From IMG/VR virus record IMGVR_UViG_3300015199_000002, positions 1-64,000 of that record: a DNA stretch of 64,000 nt; one strand, given 5' to 3'. The notes below the pieces were generated by a model. The model was not told where the DNA came from. It ran no database searches and saw only the letters and a program-made list of their open reading frames with translations. A program made the translations under genes and the position numbers. Source of the stretch: a virus. Below are positions 19,101 through 28,847 of the stretch, piece after piece (the stretch's first letter is position 1; the number at the start of each line of letters is the position of its first letter).

Positions 19101-19819
19101 GTAGCCTGATAGCTTATGTCTTCGATAGTGGCAAAGGCACTAGTAAATAAGGAGCTAGCCTGGTTACCGCGGTAGAGTTGATAGAAGTCATTTACGGTGA
19201 CACCTACAGGGACGGTGGCGCTTACATTCACGTTCTGAGGGCTACCAGATTGGTTTGCTACAATTGCTCGTTGGGAAGGGGACCCTAGGACTAAGTTACC
19301 ATTGGCGTCCGTCGTGCCCCACAGAAGCCGATAGGCGACTTGGGTCTGGTTGGCCATAAATCCTGACGGATTTACCGAGGGTGTTGCCAGGAGGTCTAGC
19401 CCCTTAAACATGCCGGCCTGGTATGGGGTAGTTGTCACTACGTCCATCTTCTGGATACCGCGAGCCGATGTGAAATAAAAGTTCTGGTTGGCTTCCGCTG
19501 ATTTGATGCGGGCTAAGTTGTTGTCTGGATTTATGTAACTGCCGCTGTATGGAACTATTCCGTTGACTGAGTCATAGCGGGCGAGCTGAGTGTTCCTATA
19601 GTGGACCAGGAGAGTGTTTTGGTACTGGAGTAGCTTGTCGGCGCGGTCACTAGTTAGTGGGAGCCTGAATTCCAGACGAGCGAGTCCGCGTCTGCATTCT
19701 GCGATGGAATCTTTCTGGATAACAATATTGTTGGCGAGTTTCATTGCGCCAACGGGAGCAGAACTTAGCTCGTTGTTATTACTGTAGATACCTTTGCAGG
19801 CGATTATCAAGCTTTCCAT
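16166..19819 (-). CDS. Tail nozzle/stabilisation protein (P22 gp10/T7 gp12 position) with inserted repeat domains
   Basis: Size, position after adaptor, beta-propeller-like C-terminal half; four related S/T-rich modules inserted. Confidence 0.7.
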   Translation of the reverse strand: MESLIIACKGIYSNNNELSSAPVGAMKLANNIVIQKDSIAECRRGLARLEFRLPLTSDRADKLLQYQNTLLVHYRNTQLARYDSVNGIVPYSGSYINPDNNLARIKSAEANQNFYFTSARGIQKMDVVTTTPYQAGMFKGLDLLATPSVNPSGFMANQTQVAYRLLWGTTDANGNLVLGSPSQRAIVANQSGSPQNVNVSATVPVGVTVNDFYQLYRGNQASSLFTSAFATIEDISYQATPAFEGTAGNNINIIYTGGGVGDTAVLTVNYSTLTLGSLVYTSNLAGGLGNQISIAYANTAVAGSETVTVIGNAITVGIQSGVSTQNQVKAAINASTPALALISISGSSASAVTTTAPTFLTGGSISVQIDSGVTTAQTIFNALVGNSVVTSIVTPVITGAGTNTQTTTTTTLSGGTVTLVTPDDNMQLVFEGTTSGSTLTLQGNTYTSVLSGTISTNIKVAYVGGGTAGSEVVAVLPSNAVVQDLTYTSVALAGLGDLVSVQYTSPAGVVAGSEIVTVSGNKIVVQIQSGVSTAAQIFAAINASVPALNIVSVAISGAGGNTQVTGGPTSLSGGEVKVQVQSGVSTAQNVFNAVTASAAASAIVSLVLVSSGTLQSPAGPSSLTGGVSTINILDLVPDSLRGAALYTNQTQEGILQANELPPFAADVATFRNCLFFGNTRTKQVLPFSILAVAGTNGVQLNSTITIAGTTYTAGSSEIVGSNQFQLVTTGSAAQNVNDTALSLCRVINQSSTNTSVYAYYVSSGSGLPGMIQIEERFLGGSFYSITTGGPQPANGTGTAYSPTLPASGIKVSSTNQTNLNGLMYSKQQQPDAVPSLNIFYVGSAAKKILRIIALRDSLMILKEDGIFRCTGAGPSSFNIDSLDPTAVLLAPESAAPLANQIYALTSQGVVSISDTGVEVLSRNIEDQLLPLFSEALTATSYFSFGVGYETDRQYILWTISEVGDTFSNQAFVYNIFTRAWTRWTRDQSSGLILLADNKLYVTDPTTSYINQERKNGLNTDFADEAISVTISAINQYVITLNEVIDATVGDLLFQSGSVYATITAVDPINLTVTVSNLLTWNMSAPTFIEKAIACQVEWVPNAANGQPGYLKQWSEAAILLKQNSFNTASLAFYSDVSGSIDVDPFPGNTGGVWGFFPWGMIPWGGVFKSLPVRTYVPLEKQRCDLLSVQFLCQEAWSQFQVEGIALSFRYISTRTGR

Positions 19820-19839
19820 AGTTTACGCAAATCTCGTTA

Positions 19840-20751
19840 CTAACAAAATCTACCTATTCCGCGACTCTGCACTACCCGCTTCAGCTTCCCCTCAACGCGA
19901 GGAGCAATCAACAACATGGCGTTGTCTTCAAGTTTAGTCAGCTCCGCAATAGCCGCCTGTAATGCCTGGGCATCGCCTTGGGCAGACAGCACGCGAACTA
20001 CGACGTACTGCACCAAAAGGGGTTGGAGTTCAACCGGCACCTGCACTACGCAAGTCTGGCCGGCCAGGCAGATGTAATCCCCTACTAAGAGGTTAGTAGG
20101 CAGTGTTGCGAATGTCAGGACATTACCGGCCACTGAGGTCGGGGTCTGATCCTGCGCGGTCCAGCCGAAGTTCGGGCTAGCTTGAACGAAGTCAAGAGGC
20201 GACGACGTAGTGAACGTATCCGGCGTAGCCGTGAGAGTGACTTGATTAGTCGCGAAGTCGATAGACTGCACTAATCCACATGCGCTAACGTCAACCAGTG
20301 AGTTAGGCCGACAGATATAACTGAGCCTAAGCTTATTCAGCGTCTGCGTGGGCGTAGGGTAGATGACCACACTGTTGCTTTGCAGATAGAACCCGTTCTT
20401 ACGCACGAGGAATCTGTAGTTACCGCTGTAGGATGCGTAGAGATCTCCTGGATCAAGTCTATCCAGTCCGAATCTAGTCTGCTCATCGCTGTCTTGTACG
20501 ATCTGGACATCCCTAAGTCCTGCTGCGACTGCCCTGCTAGGTATGTCGTAGAAGGCCTGATTACGCAGAATCGGGTAATCTTTCAGTGCAACCCAGTACT
20601 CCTCCAAGTTCTTAACGACAAGAGGAGTCATCTTAGACCGAATTTCTTCGTCGCCAAACTGTAGGAAATCCACTGAGGTAAAGGTTACCTGAGAGGTAGG
20701 GACTGCGGCCCTGCGTTTGACTGCGGTTATGAAGTCGGATGTTAAGTACAT
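19840..20751 (-). CDS. Head-tail adaptor protein
   Basis: FITAVKRRA...YDIPSRA...VVIYPTP...VPVELQPLLVQY adaptor-like pattern and synteny. Confidence 0.65.
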   Translation of the reverse strand: MYLTSDFITAVKRRAAVPTSQVTFTSVDFLQFGDEEIRSKMTPLVVKNLEEYWVALKDYPILRNQAFYDIPSRAVAAGLRDVQIVQDSDEQTRFGLDRLDPGDLYASYSGNYRFLVRKNGFYLQSNSVVIYPTPTQTLNKLRLSYICRPNSLVDVSACGLVQSIDFATNQVTLTATPDTFTTSSPLDFVQASPNFGWTAQDQTPTSVAGNVLTFATLPTNLLVGDYICLAGQTCVVQVPVELQPLLVQYVVVRVLSAQGDAQALQAAIAELTKLEDNAMLLIAPRVEGKLKRVVQSRGIGRFC

Positions 20752-20790
20752 AGGTAATAGGTCAACTTTCTTTTCTGACTAACGAAGAAA

Positions 20791-21117
20791 CTATCTACGT
20801 TTCTTTTCTTCGTCTTCTTGGTCTTCTTCCTGCTCTAACAGACCAAGCAATCTAGATTCGTCGCTTTCTTCGCTGTCGTCGTCTTTGTCTGAAGCTTCCA
20901 TTCCCGGCATATCAGGAGCTTTGTCAACAACGTCGCTAGCTTTCTCGAGGCCTTCTTCCAGGCTATCTTTGTCGGGAGCGACTACTTGGGCAGCCATGGC
21001 AGGCTCAGCGGGCTTCATTCTCTTTCCAAGGGCGTCTTCGGCCATTTGAATGATCCGCTCAAGGAGCTGATCCGTCATCTTGCTTTTTTCGTCCATTCCA
21101 TCCATCTCGTCCATCAT
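20791..21117 (-). CDS. Highly acidic small protein
   Basis: D/E-rich throughout. Confidence 0.7.
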   Translation of the reverse strand: MMDEMDGMDEKSKMTDQLLERIIQMAEDALGKRMKPAEPAMAAQVVAPDKDSLEEGLEKASDVVDKAPDMPGMEASDKDDDSEESDESRLLGLLEQEEDQEDEEKKRR

Positions 21118-21138
21118 ATATTTCTCTTTCGTTTACGG

Positions 21139-21450
21139 TTAGTGTTTAAGTAGCAGGGCAATTATCAACAACGTCTCAATGGTTATTACTCCAAAAACCC
21201 ATTTGGGAATAACATGTATTTCCGTGCTGATAAACTTTTCAACTTCTTTTATAATCTCTATTGGTCGGTCTACGATCTTCTCGACCACCTTTATTTTCTC
21301 TTCTACGACAGTAATCTCTTTGATAACAGGCGCCGCGACCGCAGAAACAACTGCCTCTTCTTTGGTCTTGATAACTGCTTCTAACTCGGATACGCGAGTC
21401 TTGAGGGCGTGATTTTCAAGTGCTTCAAATAGGCTTCTAGTTCCTGCCAT
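21139..21450 (-). CDS. Small protein with C-terminal TM
   Basis: Start MAGTRSLF just after fibre stop; VVEKIVDRPIE; VFGVITIETLLIIALLL. Confidence 0.65.
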   Translation of the reverse strand: MAGTRSLFEALENHALKTRVSELEAVIKTKEEAVVSAVAAPVIKEITVVEEKIKVVEKIVDRPIEIIKEVEKFISTEIHVIPKWVFGVITIETLLIIALLLKH

Positions 21451-21452
21451 AA

Positions 21453-23420
21453 CTACCTCAGAACTCCTACGATAACCACCGCGCCCGGGCCTGGATCCGC
21501 AGACCAATAGCATGTCAGGAGATTGTTAGAATGAGTCGTGAAACCTAGAATGGGCAATACGCCGGCTCCGCCGGTCATCTGAGACACAGAAAGTATAGTG
21601 TCTGTGGCTAACAACCCGGTAACAGTCACTGCTTCCAGCGCCGCGCCGCCCACAGTAGGGGTCGAGGTAAACACGCGCACCCTGTTATCAACATAGTTCT
21701 TTGTGGCAGCATCTTGAGCAGCCGTAGGGTCAACGACGTTAGTTATTTTATGTGTGTTTACACTTAAATCTGCGCCGCTCCAATTGAGCTTAACTGTTGT
21801 TCCATCTGTTCCAAGTAGATTTCTACTAGCATAATTTAATGCGGCTATCGCGGCCTGGTCGTATAGAATTCTATTTGGTATATCAATAGCATTTATATTA
21901 GAACCGTCTGCTAGCACTGCTAGGTTTGTAATATTTAAAGCGCCGGCATTATTCCCGTTGGTCAGAACTTGAGTTAGGGTTTCTGCGGCAAATTCGGTAT
22001 CGACATACTGTTTGGTGGCCGCCATTAAGTTTGTTGTGGGGTTTCCGGGAAGAGTAATGAAACCTGCATTGTCAACAAAGGATAAAACAGTTCCTGATCC
22101 GTTTTTCCACTCAAACAAATTTGCAGATTGTGGGGCACTAAACGGCCCCAATAAGGGCGCTATTGGAGAAGAAAAATTAGACGTGTGCCGAACTGTCTTA
22201 TATACTACGATGTCCGTGATAGAGAAGTCTGAATCCGGAGTGCTTAGGTCATTGAATGTGCCAAGAAGAATATGGTCAGTTGACGTGTCTCTTGTGAGAG
22301 TGGTCGTCCCCGCAGTAACCCCAACCTGAACTCCATCTTGAAAAAGTCTAACTATTCCTGAAGTAACATCCCAATTAAATTCCCATTCGGTAGTGACCCC
22401 CGCGGTCGGAGAATAAGGAGCTGTTATCGAGAAAGAAGTGCCTCCGGCAGCATCCCACATATCTACTTCGAAATCCGTAGTTGAGGCGTGAGTAAATAGA
22501 ATCCTATTATTTGAATTTCCGTCCATAGCGCCAGTACCTGAACAAAAAGGCCGCATAACAGACGGAGGATTTCCTGTATAGTTGGGGGTGTAACGGAATC
22601 TTATGGTTCCTTGCTGAACAGCAGTAGACATGCAGGTTCCGTCGTACCGAACCCATTGACCGGTGTTTGCAGTTAAATCCAAGGCGTTAGCAGTAACTAC
22701 CGGGCTAGCGTTTGTAGCAACAGGTACAGCGCTGCCAGAAAAAACATAGGTCGCGTCTAAACTGCTGCCGTTAGTGTACGTGGCATCAAACATCAAATCT
22801 GCTGGAGCGTTAGAAAGCGCTCCCTTCACTGTGAAAGCGACGTTTGACCCCGTAGCATTGTCTACCTCAAAGTTACCGGCTTGTCTTAAACCATTGCCGG
22901 TTCCAATTAAGTCAATGCCGCCCGTACCAGGGGTGATGGTTGCTACACCAGAAGTGTTGGGCGCTTTTAATAGCCAACTATTCCTATCGGCAGAGGTCTG
23001 TATATACCCAGTTATAATTCCGTTTTCTTCTACTTCAAACCCTACATTGCTGCCACTAGCCGCCGCTCCGCCCTTATTTAAGATAACAAGTTTATCGGCT
23101 ACGTTGACGTTAGTCGTATCGATGTTGGTTGTGGTTCCATTCACCGTAAGATTGGCTATCGTAAGAGTCTGGGTGCCTGTATTGTAATTAAAATTAGCGC
23201 CATCAGAAAAGATTGGGGTTGTCCAATTTGTGGTCGTGCCGCCATCTTGCTTAATATAGATGAGTTTGGTAGAGGTGGAAATATAGACATCGCCGGCAAC
23301 CCCAGCAGTGGCCACAGAGGAAGGATCAAGTGCCCCTGATGTAATGACCGAATTCTCTCCTAGTTGAAGAGAGGATTTTAAAGCCTTTACATTATTTCCT
23401 GAAAAAATTACTGCTGGCAT
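21453..23420 (-). CDS. Tail fibre/receptor-binding protein with LamG/ConA-like domain
   Basis: N-terminus paralogous to 1271-aa fibre; GTIRFRYTP...RLFQDG...ITDIVVY; ATKQYVD and DAATKNYVD fibre motifs. Confidence 0.75.
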   Translation of the reverse strand: MPAVIFSGNNVKALKSSLQLGENSVITSGALDPSSVATAGVAGDVYISTSTKLIYIKQDGGTTTNWTTPIFSDGANFNYNTGTQTLTIANLTVNGTTTNIDTTNVNVADKLVILNKGGAAASGSNVGFEVEENGIITGYIQTSADRNSWLLKAPNTSGVATITPGTGGIDLIGTGNGLRQAGNFEVDNATGSNVAFTVKGALSNAPADLMFDATYTNGSSLDATYVFSGSAVPVATNASPVVTANALDLTANTGQWVRYDGTCMSTAVQQGTIRFRYTPNYTGNPPSVMRPFCSGTGAMDGNSNNRILFTHASTTDFEVDMWDAAGGTSFSITAPYSPTAGVTTEWEFNWDVTSGIVRLFQDGVQVGVTAGTTTLTRDTSTDHILLGTFNDLSTPDSDFSITDIVVYKTVRHTSNFSSPIAPLLGPFSAPQSANLFEWKNGSGTVLSFVDNAGFITLPGNPTTNLMAATKQYVDTEFAAETLTQVLTNGNNAGALNITNLAVLADGSNINAIDIPNRILYDQAAIAALNYASRNLLGTDGTTVKLNWSGADLSVNTHKITNVVDPTAAQDAATKNYVDNRVRVFTSTPTVGGAALEAVTVTGLLATDTILSVSQMTGGAGVLPILGFTTHSNNLLTCYWSADPGPGAVVIVGVLR

Positions 23421-23424
23421 TTTA

Positions 23425-23889
23425 TTACCCTAGAAAATTTATGGAAATGAATCCGGCGACTGGACCTACAGTCTCCATTGACCTAAGCGTGATCCTAGAC
23501 CCAACCGGTATAATTACAGGGACAACGCTGTCTGACCCCGGGTTAATTATCATCTTAAGCGCCTCTGCCGACGGAGCCCCCAGGTACAATCCTAGATACC
23601 TGCCGCCCGTATCCATCAAATGAACCTCAGTGACCGCGTGCGATAAGCTGGCAACTACCTGCACTAGGGCTCCGCCTGAGCCATTAATTGTGTTTGCAGG
23701 AGTTAAAGGAGTATCCAACTCATCCACGACGTCTAGCCCTGTGGCGCCTGGGCCTGCAAGTATCACAGGAAGTATTACTCCGGGAGATACTCCGCTTATA
23801 GTGGTGCGGAGCTGATCGTTCGCTTCGTCATACACTCTCTGTATGATCTGCTGTTCACCTAGTTTTGTGATTGTTGGATTTTGTGCCAT
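23425..23889 (-). CDS. Fibre-associated protein, paralogue A
   Basis: MAQNPTITKLGEQQIIQRVYDEANDQLR. Confidence 0.7.
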   Translation of the reverse strand: MAQNPTITKLGEQQIIQRVYDEANDQLRTTISGVSPGVILPVILAGPGATGLDVVDELDTPLTPANTINGSGGALVQVVASLSHAVTEVHLMDTGGRYLGLYLGAPSAEALKMIINPGSDSVVPVIIPVGSRITLRSMETVGPVAGFISINFLG

Positions 23890-23893
23890 TGGA

Positions 23894-26800
23894 TTATCTC
23901 ATTCTTCTAGCCGAAAGCCGGCAAGTGTACTTAGGAGTCGCTACTGAGTAGCTTCCTAGAAGTTTAGCGTAAATCGTAGTTGTTCCGGACAGGCTGAAAC
24001 GTTTGGGTCCTAGGCTGGCCCCTGAGTTAGTGGCGGCAGTAGGAGGGAATAAATCTAGAGCATTATCACCAAAATCTAGTCCAGTGCTGCTATTTCCAGA
24101 AGTAACTGAAATTCCAATCTCTACATCCGAAACAGTAGCTCCACTACTGGTAGTTTGGATAGTCATACTAACATCCCAATCTCCGGCAGTTAGAGAAATT
24201 GATGTAGCGTCTCCCCATGCACCTGATGCGCCCGGGAAATTATTTGATCCAACAAGTCCAGAGCTGATAAATTCGCCAACAAACCCTGCGGCGGCGTTGT
24301 CGTTAGTATTGGTCCCATGAACAGCAACACCCGCTGCTCTTGATAGGGTTGCTATGTTAGCTTGAGTTGCTGCTGCGGTGGTCGCATTTCCAACTGAAGT
24401 GATGTCTCCAGTAAGATTCGCATTAGTTGTAACTGTTCCAGCTGTAAGTCCTGCAGCGGTTCCCGTTATATTGGTTCCAACTAAAGTTGAAGGAGTTCCT
24501 AAATTGGGAGTTACTAAAGTTGGCGAAGTCGCTAGAACTACAGATCCCGTTCCAGTTGTTGTAGCAGCTGAAATAGCTGTGCCATTTCCCTGAAGGATAC
24601 CCGTAACAGTGGTTGAAAGAGTTATCGCTGGAGTTGTTGTTGAAGTTGCGACTGTTCCAGCGAGTCCATTAGCACTTACAACAGATACGCTAGTAACTGT
24701 ACCCGATGTAGCAGGCGCCGCCCAAACAGGAAGTCCTCCCGATACAGTGAGAACATTACCAGTTGCCCCTATAGGAAGTCTAGTTGCCGAAAGAGCTACG
24801 CTTTCATACGTAATATCACCGGCTGTTGTCATCGGACTTAGCGCATTAAATGCTGCTAATGCTGTAGTTTGACCTGTTCCGCCATTAGCGATTGCTATAG
24901 TTGTGCCATTCCATGTACCAGAAGTAATAGTCCCAACAGAGGACAAATTAGATGCTGTGGTGAGGGCTGTTAAAGTAGTTAAAGTTGAATTTGAAGTTGC
25001 TGTTACATTACCAGCTAGTGCAGCATTTAGATTTGCAACTTGGGTTGTAGAAGAGACCACAAGAGGAGGGGTTCCTGTTGCTACAGTTGAAATTAATTGT
25101 CCGGTTGAGGTAATGAAAGCATTCCCGTTCCATGTTAGGGAATCAGAAGTATTTTTAGCTAAAACGACATCGCCAGTTCCTGCGAAATTTCTCCAGCCTA
25201 TTCCAGAGTCCCCAGAGGACATCCGGTACACTCCAGTTGTGGAACGGTTAGAAGAGCTAGAATAAAATCCAGCTGCCACTATTTCTCCACTAGTATTAAT
25301 GCTTGCTCCGCTAGGAAATGAAGTAATTCCAATAAAAGTAGCCCCTGATATTGTGGGACTTGTGTTCATTACAAAGGTTGACCCTGTGCCAGTTTGTGAA
25401 GTTACTAAAGTCGCGTTACCAACTGAAGTAATAGGTCCAGTTAAATTTGCGTTAGTCGTGACGGTCCCAGCAGTAAAACCAGAAGCAGTCCCAGTTATGT
25501 TCGTCCCGACTAGGATTGACGGGGTTCCAAGGCTAGGAGTAACTAGAGTAGGAGAAGTTGCAAGAACCACAGACCCGCTACCGGTTGTGGTCGCGGCGCT
25601 GATAGCAGTGCCATTACCCTGTAGGATACCTGTGATGGAAGTAGAGATGGTTATCGCCGGGGTTGAAGTTGCTGTAGCAACTGTCCCTGCGAAGCCGTTA
25701 GCAGATACGACAGAAACTGAGGTTACTGTTCCCGAGGTCGCCGGAGCAGCCCACACCGGCAGCCCCCCGGACACCGTGAGCACATTGCCTGTAGATCCTA
25801 TTGGAAGCCTGGCTGCTACTGGGGTGGAGTTTTCATAGATTATATCCCCGGCGGTGGTCATAGGAGATAATGCGTTGAAACCGGCGTTAGCTGTAGTCGC
25901 TCCAGTGCCGCCTCTACTTACAGCGATAGCTGTAGCGTTCCATGCGCCAGTAGTTATAGATCCGACCGATACCAGGTTAGTCGCCGTGGTTAGTCCCGAA
26001 AGAGTAGTCAAAGTGGAGTTGGACGTGGCGGACAATACTGTCGCGCCCTGTGTTCCGGTTACGTCCCCAGATAAGGAACCAGTGAAGCTGCCAGCTGTCG
26101 CGGCGTTAAGATTAGCGACCTGAGTCGTTGAAGCTACAACAAAAGGAGCAGTTCCTGTAGCGAGCGTCGATGTTAACTGCCCGCTCATTGATATAGTAGT
26201 TAGGTTAGCAATGCCGCCGAAAGCGTTTATCACTCCGGTTGCGTTTATTCCTCCGGAGGTAACTAAAAATCCTCCGTTAGTGCTGGCTGAAATGGTAGCA
26301 GTGCCGCTTGAGGAACCGGCTATATTAATTGTTTGTCCTGCTGCAACGTTTGTTGCTCCATTTAATTGAGTGGTCCCGCTAGAGGTAAGGGTTCCGGTAA
26401 TGGTAGGACTCGCACTCATCACAAACGTGGAGCCTGTGCCGGTCTGTGAGGCGATCGAGGTGGCGTTTCCTACAGACGTTATTGGACCAGTCAGGTTGGC
26501 GTTAGTCACCACGGTTGTCGCAAATGACCCTGTGCCGCTGCCGGTTACTCCACCGGTTAGGGTGATTGTCTGGTCACCTGTGTTGTTGCCAGAGGTAGTG
26601 CCATTTAGGATACTGCCGGCAAGAGTAATGCCGCCCGCTCCTGGAGTTATTGTGGCAATACCTGCGGTATTTGGTGCCTTGAAGATCCAACTATTTCTAT
26701 CAGAAGAAGTCTCCGCGTAGCCTGTGATTATGGCATTCTCTTCAATTTGGATACCGGAGTTCTGTCCGCTTCCAGCCGCTCCGCCGTGATTCACCGTAAT

Positions 26801-27709
26801 GAGAGGGTCGGCAACCTGAAGCAGGGGAGTGTTTTCGTATATCGTGGTGCCTTGGATATTAATCGTCGCCCCAGAGTTGCCGATATTGATAGTCGTGGCG
26901 TTAGTGGCCCCGATTGTAAGAGTTCCAGCGGTACTGCGATCGATGCCGCCGTCTAGATTTGTTAGGCTGCTGAACGTCTTTGATCCCGAGAAAGTTTGCG
27001 ATGCGGTGCTAACGCCCCCGGGATGGGTTGCGTCTGCGGGCTGTAGAGTGAGAATTTGCCCTGACAACGATGCGCCGTTAGCGTTGGGAGAGGAATCAAA
27101 CGCTGCAAGCGTCACGTCGCCGGTATTGTTACCGGATAGGTTAGTCGCGGATAATGCCCCAGAAGATGAGATGAAAGCGTTTCCGTTCCAAGTTAATGAA
27201 TCAGAAGAATTCTTAGCTAGAACTATATCTGCGGAGTTGGCTTGATTTCTCCATGCTAGAGCAATATCCAGGCTGCTAAAATTAAGAACGCCCGAGGTAG
27301 CAGAGTTGGAAGAGCTACTACTAAAAGTGAGAGAAGTGACCATCCCCGTAAATGTTTTATTTCCGGAGAAAGACTGGGTTCCCGTAGATACTCCGCCGGG
27401 GAAACTTGCGCTAGCAGGCTGAAGGGTGAGAGTGTCCCCTGAAATGGTCGCAGCATTAGCATTCGGGGAGCTATCAAAAGCTCCTAATATAAGTTGATCG
27501 GATATCCGGGTCCAATTTGTAGTTGTACCTGAGTCCTGTTTTTGGTACATTTTAAATGTACTAGTGGAAATATACACATCACCGGCTGCGCCAAGTAGCG
27601 CCACTGAGGTGGGGTCTGTATTTCCTGCGCCAATCGTAGCGCTATTGAAAAGCTGTAATTTAGCTTTCAGCGCTTTTACGTGGTCGCCATTTATTAGTAC
27701 TGCTGCCAT
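23894..27709 (-). CDS. Long mosaic tail fibre
   Basis: Thr/Ser/Gly-rich; ~200-aa internal duplication; GGTG, GTVTSV and GDVTG motifs. Confidence 0.8.
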   Translation of the reverse strand: MAAVLINGDHVKALKAKLQLFNSATIGAGNTDPTSVALLGAAGDVYISTSTFKMYQKQDSGTTTNWTRISDQLILGAFDSSPNANAATISGDTLTLQPASASFPGGVSTGTQSFSGNKTFTGMVTSLTFSSSSSNSATSGVLNFSSLDIALAWRNQANSADIVLAKNSSDSLTWNGNAFISSSGALSATNLSGNNTGDVTLAAFDSSPNANGASLSGQILTLQPADATHPGGVSTASQTFSGSKTFSSLTNLDGGIDRSTAGTLTIGATNATTINIGNSGATINIQGTTIYENTPLLQVADPLITVNHGGAAGSGQNSGIQIEENAIITGYAETSSDRNSWIFKAPNTAGIATITPGAGGITLAGSILNGTTSGNNTGDQTITLTGGVTGSGTGSFATTVVTNANLTGPITSVGNATSIASQTGTGSTFVMSASPTITGTLTSSGTTQLNGATNVAAGQTINIAGSSSGTATISASTNGGFLVTSGGINATGVINAFGGIANLTTISMSGQLTSTLATGTAPFVVASTTQVANLNAATAGSFTGSLSGDVTGTQGATVLSATSNSTLTTLSGLTTATNLVSVGSITTGAWNATAIAVSRGGTGATTANAGFNALSPMTTAGDIIYENSTPVAARLPIGSTGNVLTVSGGLPVWAAPATSGTVTSVSVVSANGFAGTVATATSTPAITISTSITGILQGNGTAISAATTTGSGSVVLATSPTLVTPSLGTPSILVGTNITGTASGFTAGTVTTNANLTGPITSVGNATLVTSQTGTGSTFVMNTSPTISGATFIGITSFPSGASINTSGEIVAAGFYSSSSNRSTTGVYRMSSGDSGIGWRNFAGTGDVVLAKNTSDSLTWNGNAFITSTGQLISTVATGTPPLVVSSTTQVANLNAALAGNVTATSNSTLTTLTALTTASNLSSVGTITSGTWNGTTIAIANGGTGQTTALAAFNALSPMTTAGDITYESVALSATRLPIGATGNVLTVSGGLPVWAAPATSGTVTSVSVVSANGLAGTVATSTTTPAITLSTTVTGILQGNGTAISAATTTGTGSVVLATSPTLVTPNLGTPSTLVGTNITGTAAGLTAGTVTTNANLTGDITSVGNATTAAATQANIATLSRAAGVAVHGTNTNDNAAAGFVGEFISSGLVGSNNFPGASGAWGDATSISLTAGDWDVSMTIQTTSSGATVSDVEIGISVTSGNSSTGLDFGDNALDLFPPTAATNSGASLGPKRFSLSGTTTIYAKLLGSYSVATPKYTCRLSARRMR

Positions 27710-28390
27710 TTAATTCCTGCCCATGACAAAAAAATTATAAATGCTAGTTATATGCTCTTTAAATTGGTCTACTGTATGCATCATTTTAGCTCGGTTGCAG
27801 TGCTTACAACAAGGGACGCAGTTAGAAAGATAGTAGCCTTCTTCGCAATTAACCCTATCTACCCCGTTGACATAATGGATAGAATCTTTATATGTGGACC
27901 GCTGCTGAGGCGTCCTATCACAATAGTTACAATTTTTTATTACCAGAGATCTAAACTCTTCCTCGGAAAGCAAAAATTCGTACCCGCGCTCTTTAGCAGA
28001 ACCCTTGTACTTCGAGTACAGGTGTCTTACTGCGTCGTATTTGGGCCTAAATTTAGTTCTTAGTTTTCTTTTTATGCTCCTGCCGTACATATCTTTCGAT
28101 GCTCTCTTGGCGATCTGATAAATTGACATGTCGGATCTTCCGTCAAGTTCTGGGTAAGTTTTAATTAGTTTTTCTGTGGACATGGAGGAGTAGTCGTCTA
28201 TAAATTTTATTTTTTTATCCGCTCCCCACCCCAAAAAATATTCCTTGGATAGGCGCAACTGTACGGCTTTATCTTTTATAGACGACACAGTGTGGGGGCT
28301 TAGCTTAATAGCTAAGTCATTAAAAGATAAATTTTTAAAGTTATCTTTCAGACTAGTTATTTCTGTGTCTGTCCATCTATTTCTTAGCAT
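27710..28390 (-). CDS. HNH-like free-standing endonuclease
   Basis: CNYC...NGVDRVN...NCVPCCKHCNRAK. Confidence 0.8.
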   Translation of the reverse strand: MLRNRWTDTEITSLKDNFKNLSFNDLAIKLSPHTVSSIKDKAVQLRLSKEYFLGWGADKKIKFIDDYSSMSTEKLIKTYPELDGRSDMSIYQIAKRASKDMYGRSIKRKLRTKFRPKYDAVRHLYSKYKGSAKERGYEFLLSEEEFRSLVIKNCNYCDRTPQQRSTYKDSIHYVNGVDRVNCEEGYYLSNCVPCCKHCNRAKMMHTVDQFKEHITSIYNFFVMGRN

Positions 28391-28391
28391 A

Positions 28392-28835
28392 CTACCCTAT
28401 AAATGATAAAAATAGGCTCCCAGAAACAGGCGCCGCTGAGTCAGTAGCTCTCACTGAGATTGAGCTGCCTGCTGGGATTATTGTGTTCACTTCGTTATCT
28501 TGTCCTGGAGCCAGGATAACTAGCAGTGTTGCTCCGACGTATAACGATATAGCTACCCCGGTCTGCTCATTGGGGACTGTAAGCGCTATCTTAGCGGGAG
28601 TGGACGCCGTAACCTGATACAATGCGCCACCGCTACCGTTGATGTTGGAGAAAGGAATCTCGTAAGTAGCTACGACGGTCATGCCATTAATATCACCGTC
28701 GACGATCGTGACTGGAACTACTACTCCGCTCGATACGCCGTTGACTGTTACCCGTAGCTGATCGTTAGCTTCGTCGTAGACTCTTTGTATTACCTGCGGT
28801 TCGCCTAATTTTGTGATTACTGGATTTTGTGCCAT
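28392..28835 (-). CDS. Fibre-associated protein, paralogue B
   Basis: MAQNPVITKLGEPQVIQRVYDEANDQLR. Confidence 0.7.
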   Translation of the reverse strand: MAQNPVITKLGEPQVIQRVYDEANDQLRVTVNGVSSGVVVPVTIVDGDINGMTVVATYEIPFSNINGSGGALYQVTASTPAKIALTVPNEQTGVAISLYVGATLLVILAPGQDNEVNTIIPAGSSISVRATDSAAPVSGSLFLSFIG

Positions 28836-28847
28836 AATTATTTTATT

